Positions 25,301 to 37,300 of a stretch of DNA of 64,000 nucleotides are shown here, piece by piece; position 1 is the first letter of the stretch; each line of letters opens with the position of its first letter. The stretch spans positions 16,740,001-16,804,000 of the forward strand of contig CM059445.1 in NCBI GenBank assembly GCA_030390025.1, read 5' to 3'. This DNA comes from Squalus acanthias (lineage: Eukaryota). Both the position numbers and the translations under genes were made by a program. Under the pieces are notes generated by a model. It made no database searches, was not told where the DNA came from, and saw only the letters and a program-made list of their open reading frames with translations.

Positions 25301-28300
25301 TGACAACAAGCCAGGCTCCCGATGGAAACCATTTCTCCCCACCGCGCCTCGCCCCCGCATCCTTTCCAGCCCCTTTCCTAAAGGGGGTTGGCTCATGCTG
25401 GGATACTGTCCCGTGGGCATCTGCCACCCTCTGGTATCTCACCCAAGTGGCCGTTCTTTCTGGGCTGAGCCTAGACAGTGAATGCCAGCGGGTCGTGTGG
25501 TACGATCCCAGCCGACAACCGGCTAACTTGCCACAGATCAAACCACATGGTGAATTAACCAGCTGAACAGGGAGCCTGGAAACCATTCATAAATTCTGTT
25601 TTTTTTTTAAATGGATGCGTTATTAAAACTTCCTGCAACACACACACAGGCTCGCTGTCACAGAATCATAGAATAGTACAGCACAGAAGGGGGCCATTCG
25701 GCCCATCGAGTCTGCGCCGGCTCTTTCGAAGAGCAATCCAGTCAGTCCCACTCCCCGCTCTTTCCCTATATCCCTACAATTTTTCTCCTTCAAGTATTTA
25801 TCCAATTCCCTTTTGAAGGCTACTATTGAATCTGTGTCCACCGCCCTATCAGGCAGCGCATTCCAACTCCTAACCACTTGTTGCGTAAAAGTTTATCCTC
25901 ATGTCGCCTCTGGTTCTTTTGCCAATCACCTTAAATCTGTGCCCTCTGGTTATCGACCCTTCGGTGCAAATATTTTTGTTTGTCCAAGGCTGTAAAGGCA
26001 TCATGAGCAAAGAACAGCCACGAAAGAGGATTCCGGACCAACTAGTTCTTCATGGTGTGTAATTCGTGTCTGGTATAGTTACACTATTGCTGTTGATACT
26101 TGCAATTCTCAAAGGAGATCCCAACACAGCTTGAATCTCAAGTTAGCAGCAAAACCGAGTCTAAAGTATTTCCAGTCCGACCGAGACTTGGGGCTGGATT
26201 TTCAATGACCCGTGGAGTCGGGTTTGGAGGCGGGGTTAAAGTTGCAGATTTGGGGGTCCCGACCCCATCCTGCCTCCATGCCAGTTTCGCTGGCGGTGGG
26301 TACCCGACCTGTGCTGAGACCCGCCTCCCCGAGGCGGGAAGGGATTAGTGACAATTAACTGCCTGTTAACAGGTAGTTAACAGGCAGTTTTTTGGATAAT
26401 CCCTATTTTAAAGGGTGAAATGTGGGCTTCCCGACAGGTGGCAACCACGCCAAGTTATCGGGGCGGACCGTGGGTCTGCAGGGGTTGGAGGGGTCGATAT
26501 GTCCGGTGGGCAGGTGAGTGATGGGTGCATGTGTGCAGAGGTAAGTGTGTAAGGTAAGTGCTAAGTGTGGGAAAAAGTTTTACTTACCTTAACTTCCTCC
26601 TGCAGGTGTCAGCCCTTCAGTTCTCGGGAGTTAGAAATCTCACCGGCACAGAAAGCAGGAAAGCCGTGGTCCTGTCAAAAACTGCAGCCTTCTGTTTTCT
26701 GTGGTGGAATGATTTCTTACTCAGCCTGAGAGGAAGGACTCAAGTTAGAAATCATATTGTCAGTGTTTGACAGCTTCACAGAGCTGTCAAACGCTGATAT
26801 TTCATCTGTCAAAAGCGCTTGACAGATGTAATGTCAATCTGTGACGTCACCTGTTGCCGGGTGGCCCTTAATTGGCCTGCTGAGCCCACTGGGCGGGCTC
26901 AACAAGGTCAATCAAGGGAAAATACAGTGGGTTGGCCACATCTCGATGGAGGCGGGTTTACAAGCCAGAATATGTGATTCACGACACCAACCCGACCTGA
27001 GTATCAAAATCCAGTCCTTGGAGTCTATGTCAGTGCTTCCCCCGAGGATCAGGAGCATTTGCCGGGCTGTTATATGTCGCACTACGAAGGCTCTTCATTC
27101 ATTGGGACTCCTTGGCACGTTTTACTATGTGACAGGTGCTGTAGAAATACAACTTGTTGTTGAAGGTGTGACTTTTCTTTCACTTTTCTGGCCGTCTGTG
27201 GTCTCCTTCACATACGGACTGTGGCTCGGAAGGCGAGAGCTGTTTCCAGGCCTTCGCGCCTCACCTGTGACCCCTTTGTGTTTGATAGTGTTGGACTCGC
27301 GCTGCTCTCTGGAGCTGGAGAATGTTTGCATCATACAAGAACATAAGAATTAGGAGCAGGAGTCGGCCATTTGGCCCTTCGAGCCTGCTCCGCCATTCAA
27401 TAAGATCATGGCTGATCTTCTACCTCATCTCCACTTTCCTGCACTATCCCCATATCCCTTGATTCCCTTAATATTCAAAAATCTACCGATCTCTGTCTTG
27501 AATATACTCATCGACTGAGCATCCACAGCCCTCTGGGGTAGAGAATTCCAAAGATTCACACCCCTCTGAATGAAGAAATTTCTCCTCATCTCAGTCCTAA
27601 ATGGCTGACCCCTTATCCTGAGACAGTGACCCCTGGTTCTAGACTCCCCAGCCAGGGGAAACATCCTCCCTGCATCTACCCTGTCAAGCCCTGTAAGAAT
27701 TTTGTATGTTTCAATGACAAGCTGTAGCCTCTGTACTGTGTTGGAAAGGTTGGGCCAAATTTAAAAAAAAAAAATTCAAAAGGCAAAGCACGATCATTTG
27801 AAATCACAAACAAGGCTGATTTACTCCCTTCGATTTTTACGCTGTACTATTTAATGAGTGGTTTAATAATTGCTGTTAAAATGCCATTTAATAGCGCAGT
27901 GCACAGGAAGTGTGGGGGGGGCGCTTGATTGCAAGATGCCGGTTGTGAGGGGAATAGCTTTCCACATAGCATATCTAATTCAAAAACATGATTGGAAGAA
28001 AGACTGGTATTTGTACAGCCAGAAACAGCCCAAAGCGCTTCACATACAATGAATTTCTGAAATGCAGACACTGTTATCTAGGGAAATGCAGCACAGCAGT
28101 AAGAAAGATTACACAGGATATACAGCATAGAAACAGGCCATTCGGCCCAACCAGTCCATGCCGGCGTTTGTGCTCCACTCGAGCCTCCTCCCGTCTTTCC
28201 TCATCTAACCCTATCAGCATAACCCTCGATTCCCTTCTCCCTCATGTGCTTGTCTAGCCTCCCCTTAAATGCATCCAGACTATTCGCTTCAACCTCTCCC

Positions 28301-31300
28301 TGCGGTAGCGAGTTCCACATTCTTACGGTAAAGAAGTTTCTTCTGAATTCCCTATTTGATTTCTTGGTGACTATCTTATATTGATGGCCTCTAGTTTTGC
28401 TCTTCCCAAGACTTGCATTTATATAGCGCCTTTCACAACCACCAGACGTCCCAAAACGTGTTACAGCCAATGAAGTACTTTTTTGAAGTGTAGTCACTGT
28501 TGTAATGTAGGAAACGTGGCAGCCAATTTGCGCACAGCAAGCTCCCAGAAACAGCAATGCGATAATGACCAGATAATCTGTTTTAGTGATGTTGGTTGAG
28601 GGATAAATATTGGCCAGGACACCAGGGAGAACTCCCCTGCTCTTCTTCGAAATAGTGCTGTGGGTTTTTTTTTTACATCCACCTGAGAGGGCAAACAGGG
28701 CCTCGGTTTAATGTCTCATCCGAAAGACGGCACCTCCGACAGTACAGCGCTCCCTCAGCACTGCCCCTCCGACAGTGCGGCGCTCCCTCAGTACTGCCCC
28801 TCCGACAGTGCGGCGCTCCCTCAGTACTGCCCCTCTGACAGTGCGGCGCTCCCTCAGCACTGCCCCTCCGACAGTGCGGCGCTCCCTCAGCACTGCCCCT
28901 CCGACAGTGCGGTGCTCCCTCAGCACTGCCCCTCCGACAGTACGGCGCTCCCTCAGCACTGCCCCTCCGACAGTGCGGCGCTCCCTCAGCACTGCCCCTT
29001 CGACAGTGCGGCGCTCCCTCAGTACTGCACTGGGAGTGTCAGCCTAGCTTTATGTGCTCAAGTCTCTGGAGTGGGACTTGAACCCACAACCTTCTAGACT
29101 CAGAGGCTAGTGTGCTATCCACTGAGCCACTGGCTGACACGGAATGACCAGTGAATCTGTTTCTGGTGTTGTTGCTTGATCATTTCCACACGTTATATTG
29201 TTCCTCTTCAAACAGCACTGTGGTCACTTTAAAATCCACCTGAACACCAGACAAGGCCTCCGTTTAATATTTCCTCTGAAAGACGGTACCTCCGACACTG
29301 CAGCACCCCCTCAGTAAAGGATGACACACATCTAAATCAATAGCAAAAATTAGTTAGCTTGTTAAAATAGAGGTCAAAATGTCCAATTAAGTTAAAATTG
29401 AAAATATAAGACAGAGAGTAAAGGCCAGAAAGAAAGCCACTGGGGAGTGATTTTAACCCTACTCGCTCAGCAGAAACCTGGCCGGCGGGCAGTTAAAATC
29501 GCCCCTGGCTCTTACCCATCCGAAAGCCGCCAGGATCGCAACATCTGCGATTTTAACGTGCTCTCTTGAGCAGGCAGCAAGGACACCCGCCCGGAGCCAA
29601 CGGGGTCCTTCTTTACACCCGCACGTCGCGGCCCGATGACATCACTGAGACCCGACTGTAATTTTAACTCAGGCCCGAGCGGGGAATCCACCTGGAGTTG
29701 AAACCGGGGTCACTGAGTTTGTGAGCACTGGTAAAGTGTAAAATTATGTTCTGGCAGATTAGCAACAACAGCGTGCATTTATATAGCATCTTTAACATAG
29801 AAAAACATTGAAGGCCCCTCACAGAAGCGTGATTAGCTGGGCAATGAGCTATGGGGGGCGCGGGGGGTGACTAAAAGCTTGGTCAAAGAGGATTAGGATT
29901 AATGGGCCGAAAATTGATCCCGGGACGCGAGAGTACGCACTGCATACTCTCGCGTATTCCCACTCCAATTGCCGGTTTTCTGCATGCCCTGCGCATGCGC
30001 TGAAAACCGGCAATTGCTCTTCCGAAAAGGGGGCGGGGCCGGAGTGCATCGCGTGCGCGCTACAGGCTGCGCGCACGCTGTGCACTTCATGCTTTGGACG
30101 CGCAGGTAAGTACTGAAGATTTTGGAAATGTAAAAAGGAGGAGTAAGACCCGCTTTTAAGAAGGTAAGTAGTGAATTAAGTATTTTTTTGAATTTTTTTT
30201 TACAGGTATATCTTTTTTATAGACTTTAAAGACAGGTAAGTTTATTTTTATAACTTTTTAAAAGATTTTAAATTTTTTCAAAAATTTAATTTTTTATTTA
30301 AAATGGTTAATTTAATTAACTATACTTATTTTATTAATGTGATGGGGTTTTTTTTAAATTTAATTGAGGTTTAGCTGTTATTTTGGGGGGGTGTAAGATT
30401 CATAAGTCTCTCAGCCATGCTGTGAGACTTATGAATGGAAGATGGTGTGCTGCCATTGGCTCTAACTGAGTCACGTGATCCCACAGCTCGCACGAATTAA
30501 CTACGCCGCTGGGATACGCAAGCCCAGCACAGCTGATGTCTGGAACATCAATTTCGTGCGAGCTGGATCAGAAAAAGCATAAGCGAGGTGAGACATCGCG
30601 GGAAAGGCTTACCCCCGCGGGAACAGAGCGAGATCAATTTCTGGGCCAATATCTTGGAGTAGTGTTGGGGGTGGTGGGGAGCCGGGTGGCTCGAGTTTGA
30701 TTCCTGGGCCTTTGTAACTGGACATTTTTAGCCGCTGCCCGAATCTTGTTTCTGCGTCAGCCGTGGCTCAGTGGGCAGCACACTCGCCTCTGAGTCAGAA
30801 GGTTGTGGGTTCAAATCCCACTCCAGGAACTTGAGCACAAAAAGCTAGGCTGACACTCCAGTGCAGTGCTGAGGGAGCGCTGCACTGTCGGAGGGGCAGT
30901 ACTGAGGGAGTGCTGCACTGTCGGAGGTGCCGTCTTTCGGATGAGACGTTAAACTGAGGCCCCGTCTGCTCTCTCAGGTGGGCGTAAAAGATCCCATGGC
31001 ACTATTTCGAAGAAGAGCAGGGGAGTTCTCCCCGGTTTCCTGGCCAATATTTATCCCTAAACCAACATCAATAAAAACATATTATCTGGTCATTATCACA
31101 TTGCTGTTTGTGGGAGCTTGCTGTGCGCAAATTGTTGATGTTGAGTACTGAGGCTGTTGCAGCGATGCCGTCATCGTGGGGGATACTGGTGTAGAGTGCC
31201 GATACGTCCATCGTGGCAAGGAGTGTTCCTGGTTCAACTGGTCCGTGGGTGCTGAGTTTCTGTAAGAAGTCTGTAGTGTCGCGACAGAAGCTGGGGGTTC

Positions 31301-34300
31301 CCTGTACGATGGGTTTCAGAATGCCCTCGACGTATCCAGAGAGGTTCTCACACAGGGTTCCATTGCCTGATACGATAGGACGTCCGGGTGTGTTGGCTTT
31401 GTGTATCTTTGGGAGGCAGTAGAAGTCTCCCACGCGGGGAGTACGTGGGATGAGAGCGCGTAGGATGTTTTGAAGGTCTGGATCGAAGGTCTTGATCAGT
31501 CTATTGAGTTGGCGGGTGTGTTCTTTGGTCGGATCTGCGGGTAGCTGTCTGTAGTGTTCCTGGTTGTCCAGTTATCGGTATGCTTCTTTACAATAGTCCG
31601 TTCTGTTCTGTATGACGATGGCTCCTCCTTTGTCCGCTGGTTTGATGACAATGTTGCGGTTGGTCTTGAGAGCGTGGATGGCGTTGCGTTGTGCTCGGGT
31701 GACATTCTGGACTGTCTTGTGAGTGTGGCTGATGAATCTGGCGTTGATGCATCTCCTGACAGCTTGAGCATACATGTCAAGCTTGGGGCAGCGACCCTCC
31801 GGAGGGGTCCAGTTTGACTCTTTTTTCTTTGGTTGCTGCACTGCGAGTCCCTCTGTCTGCTGTTCTGGATCATTGATTGTCTCATTGGGTTTGTTGCTGA
31901 CATCTTGGGATTTGTGGAAGTATTCCCGGAGCCTCATTCTCCTGATGAATTCCTCCGTGTCTGCCGCGAGACCGATGGGGTCCATTTTGGTGGTTGGGCA
32001 GAACTTGAGCCCTAGGGCGAGAACTTCGATTTCGTCTGGTTGAAGGGTATGGTCGGACAAGTTGATGATGGACTTCCCTGTGGTTGCAGCCATGGTACCG
32101 GGGGAGGCTTGGTTGCTGCTGGTGGTGATGCCGAGTTTCTCAAGCTTCCTGTTCTTGATGCGCATGTAGGCAGCGTAGTTCCGTTGCCTCGTCTGTTTGG
32201 TGGTGTCTCGTAACTGGTCTGCTGTGTCCTGAGCACAGGCTGAGAGCATGGACTCTATCTTGGTTTCGAGGTTGTGGCGTTTGCTGTAGAGCTGATGTAC
32301 GAGATGGTTGAGGAGTGTGCGAGAGAATGCTTTGGCGATTCTGTATCTAATTTACTTCACCTGAGGAAGGGGCAATCGATAGCTCCGAAAGCTTGTGATT
32401 TCAAATAAAACTGTTGGACTATAACCTGGTGTTGTGCGACCTCTCAATTTATGTATAAAGCCAGGGTGGTTTTATTTTTTTATCAGCCTTCTCAATTTTT
32501 CCTGCCACCTTCGCTTATTGGTGTATGTGAACCCCCAGGTCTCTCTGTTCATGCACCTCCTTTAAAAATTGTACCATTTAGTTTATTTAAAATTGTACCA
32601 CTGACATGTTAAAAGAAACCGTGTCTTCTCTCTAGGTGATTACTGGATTGACCCCAATCAGGGTTGCGCCAAGGATTCCTTCAAGGTATTCTGCAACTTC
32701 ACCGCTGGTGGAGAGACCTGCATCTTCCCCGACAAGAAAACTGAGGGAGTAAGTCAGCAGTTCGAATTACATGGTAGAGCGAGATCGGAATGGATCTTTT
32801 AATGGTGCACTGCGCACAATTTAATATGAACCGCAATGTTTACAGGCTCTCATTATTCACTCACTCGCTCAGCTAATACGAGTCAGGTCCTCTACTTTGT
32901 TTTTTACCCCCCCGCCAGTGTTCCTCGCCGTCCTGTCTTTGGTCATTGCCACACGTTAGACAAAGGAATGCTCAGATTTACGTGACACTTTATCTTATCT
33001 CGAAGCGCTGTACCCAACGCTTATTACTATTATTTTTTGAAGAGCTGTGACTGTTATATAGGCAACCACATTCAGCGAGGCCTGTTAGTGTTTCCAGCAC
33101 AGAAACAGGCCATTCGGCCCAACTGGTCCGTGCCGGTGTTTCTGCTCCACACCAGCCTCCTCCCACCCCTACTTCATCTCACCCCATCAGCATAACCTTC
33201 TATTCCTTTCTCCCTCATGTGTTTATCTAGCTTCCCCTTAAATGCATCGATGCTCTTCACCTCAACCACTCCCTTGTGGTAGCGGGTTCCACATTCTCAC
33301 CACTCTCTGGGTAAAGAAATTGCTCCTGAATTCCTTATTGGATTTATTAGTGACTATCTCATATTGTTGGCCCCTAGTTTTGGATTCCCCCACAAGTGGA
33401 AACATCTTTTCTACGTCTAACCTATTGAACCCCTTCATAATTTTAAAGCCCTCGATCAGGTCACCCCTCGGCCTCAGTTGAGTGCATGGTTCCTCAGGTA
33501 CTCCAGACAATAAGGGTACCCGGCGAGAAAAATGGAAGGATTCTCACAGGTGGAGTAGGAGTGTTCTCCAGAGGTTTTTGCATTGGAGCACAGCGATGGG
33601 GCAGATTAGAGGGAGTAGGGCTTCCTCTGCCTCTACACCATACCTGCCCTGAGAGTGCTTGTTGCCAACACTGAGCAGCGACAGTTTCAACGTGTCCCTT
33701 TCTCAAGCACTGACATCCCTCCTCTCAACTTCAGCAGCTCTAACTTAATGTTTTTTTTTTAAATATAATTGGTTCTCGCGATGTGGTCAGTGATAGCAGA
33801 CCTGTGTTTATTGGCCATCCCAAGTTTCACTGTGTGCGACTCGCTCTATGATATTTCTTGTAAGGCTGTGCTGGGGCTGACTGGGTGTAATACTTATTGA
33901 ATTTTTTGAAGAGGTAACAGAGAGAGTAGACAATGGCAATGCAGTAGATGTAATTTATCTGGATTTTCAAAAGGCCTTCGATAAGGTACCCCATAATAGA
34001 CTGATGAACAAGGTCAGGGAATGCGGAGTCAGGGGACAAGTAGCAGAATGGATAGCTAGCTGGCTTCAAGACAGAAAGCAGAGAGTAGGAGTAAAGGGTA
34101 GCTATTCAGAGTGGCAGAAGGTGGGAAGTGGTGTTCCACAACGATCAGTGCTGGGACCACTGTTGTTCACAATTTATATTAACGATTTAGACTTTGGAAT
34201 CAAAAACACTATTTCTAAATTTGCGGATGACACCAAATTTGGGGGGGGGGGGATAGTCACTGCTGAGGAGGACTGCAACAAATTACAGGAGGACATTAAT

Positions 34301-37300
34301 AAAATTGCAGAATGGGCAAATAATTGGCAAATGAAGTTCAACACAGATAAATGTGAGGTATTACATTTTGGTAGGAAGAATAGGGAGGTCACTTATTACT
34401 TGGAGGGTGCGAGTCTGGGTGGGGTAGAGGAACAAAGGGATCTCGGAGTACAAATACACAAATCACTAAAAGTTGGAACACAGGTTAGCAAGGCCATAAA
34501 AAAAGCAAACCAAGCACTAGGGTTTATTTCTAGAGGTATAGAATTGAAAAGTAGGGAAGTTATGCTAAACCTGCATCGAACCTTGGTTAGACAACACTTA
34601 GAGCACTGTGTACAGTTCTGGTCGCCATATTATAGAAACATAGAAACATAGAATCTAGGAGCAGGAGTAGGCCATTCGGCCCGTCGAGCCTGCTCCGCCA
34701 TTCAATACGATCATGGCTGATCATCCAACTCCAGTACCCTGTTCCTGCTTTAATCCCCACAGTACACATATCCCACCCTACCCCCGTAACCCAAGGATAT
34801 AGAGGCACTGGAGAGAGTGCAGAGAAGATTTACAAGGATGATACCAGAAATCTGGGGTATACATATCGGGAAAGGATGAACAGGCTGGGTCTCTTTTCTC
34901 CAAGGAAAAAAGAAGGCTGAGGGGTGACCTAATAGAGGTCTTTAAAGTTATGAAAGGTTTTGATAGAGTGGATACAGAGAGAGTGTTTCCACTTGTGGGG
35001 AAGAGCATAACTAGAGGCCATCAATATAAGATAGTCACCAAGAAATCAAATAGTGAATTCAGAAGAAACTTCTTTACCCAGAGAGTGGTGAGAATGTGGA
35101 ACTCGCTACCACAGGGAGTGGTTGAAGCGAATAGCACAGATGCATTTAAGGGGAGACTAGATAAGCATATGAGGAGAAGGAATCGAGGGTTGCGCTGATA
35201 GAGTTAGATGAGGAAAGACGGGAGGAGGCTCGAGTGGAGCATAAACGCCTGGCATGGACTGGTTGGGCCGAATGGCCTGTTTCTGTGCTGTATATCCGAT
35301 GTAATCTATGTACTGTATCTTAACGTCCCTGCTTTCTGACTTTTCCAGGTTAAAGTTTCTTCTTGGCAAAGGGACAAACCGGGATCTTGGTACAGCAAAT
35401 TCAAGCGAGGCAAACAGGTAAGCCCTCCTGAACAAAGCAATGCCTTTAATTAAAGGTTCTGTATATCGCGCATGCCATATAGAGGGAAAGGGGGATAAAG
35501 AATTGGAGTGGGAAATGGCAGGAGAGACCGTTACACACCATTACTCCACAAGCAGTACCACAAAAGATCTAATTAATATCTTATTGAGTATAGTGCTCCT
35601 ATCAGTATAAACATAGCGTAATGGGGGGGAATTTTAACCTCAAAAATTGGTTGGGGTCGGGTGGGAGGTTAAAGAGTTAAAAAAAAAAACCTGAATCCCG
35701 ACCCCAACCCGCCCACGTCAGGTTGTAACGGAGGCGGGATGAGGGGCGGGCAGCCAACCCGCTCCCAGGAGGCGGGTCGTCCATTTAAATATTATAATGA
35801 GGCTGGCGTGCCTCACGGCGATCCACCATTTTAAACTGAACTCTGGCTGGCCGGGTTTCCCGGGCCTTGGGGAACCCGCCAGCTAAAGGAAGGCGAGGAC
35901 CGCTGCATCCAGCAGTAGGCCCAAGGAGGTAGTGGTGAAGACCCAGAATGCCCCAGTTCTCTGATCGCCTTCCCAACTGGTCCGTGCTCCACACGAGCCT
36001 CCTCCCATCCCGCTTCAGGGCTGGACAGACTGGATGCAGCGAGGATGTTTCCCCTGGCTGGGGGGGGTCGAGAACGAGGGGTCACAGTCTCAGGATACGG
36101 GGTCGGACACTTAGGACTGAGATGAGGAGAAATTTCTTCACTCAGAGGGTGGTGAACCTGTGGAATTCTCTACCACAGAAGGCTGTGGAGGCCAAGTCAC
36201 TGAATATATTTAAGAAGGAGATAGATAGATTTCTAGACACAAAAGGCATCAAGGGGTATGGGGAGAGAGCGGGAATATGGTATTGAGATAGAAGATCAGC
36301 CATGATCATATTGAATGGCGGAGCAGGCTCGAAGGGCCGAATGGCCTACTCCTGCTCCTATTTTTCCATGTTTCTATGTTTCATCTCAGGCTATCAGCAT
36401 AACCTTCTATTCCTTTCTCTCGCATGCACTTATCTAGCTTTCCCCTTGACTATGCACTGGCTGATCCCATTCCAGTCCTGTACTGGCCCAAAGTAGATAT
36501 CGTTGCTTCGCCACCTTGTTCTCGCACATTCTGCCATCCGTGTTCACCTTGTCTTTCTGTTCCTGCTCCCGCAGCTTTTATACGCCGACTCGGATGGAAA
36601 TCCTGTCCATGTGGTTCAGATGACCTTCCTGCGCCTTCTGAGCGCCACAGCCCGGCAAAGATTCATTTACAACTGCCAGCAGTCCATCGCCTGGTACGAC
36701 ACTGCCACAAGAAGCTACAAGAAGGCCGTGCGCTTCCTAGGAGCCAATGGCGAGGAGCTGTCCTACACCAAAACACCGTACATCAGTGCCATCTATGATG
36801 GTTGCAAAGTAAAGAATTAATCTTTTGATTGGGGTTACAGGGAGCACGTGTGGGGCTAAAGTGTCTATAGTGCCCATGAACAGCATTTAACACACACGCT
36901 GCTTTCTTGCGACTCTTAATATCGCTTTAGGCTGACGCTCCCAGTGCAGTGCTGAGGGAGTGCTGCACTGTCGGAGGTGCCGTCTTTCGGATGTGACGTT
37001 AAACCCAGGCCCCATCTGTCCTCTCAGGTGGATGTAAAGGATCGCACAGCACTTTTGGAAGAAGAGCAGGGGAGTTCTAGGAACATAGGAACAGGAGTTG
37101 GCAATGATCCCCTTGAGCCTGTTCCGCCATTCAATGAGATCATGACTGATCTGCAACCTATCTCCATATACCCGACTTTGCCCCGTATCCCTTAATGACT
37201 TTGGTTAACAAAAAGCTATCAATCTCAGATTTAAAATTAATATTTAATACAGCATCAATTGCCATTTGTGGAAGAGTTCCAAACTTCTACCACCCTTTGT

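Noticed and set aside
30757-30830. tRNA genes (also at 53250, 53725, 57145, 17424)
   Set aside because: The A/B boxes run directly into SINE bodies, so these are SINE heads.
32749-36574. Mutually exclusive duplicate of the 69 bp C-propeptide exon, as known for COL5A1
   Set aside because: I found only one copy (35349-35417); the flanks are mostly CR1 sequence.
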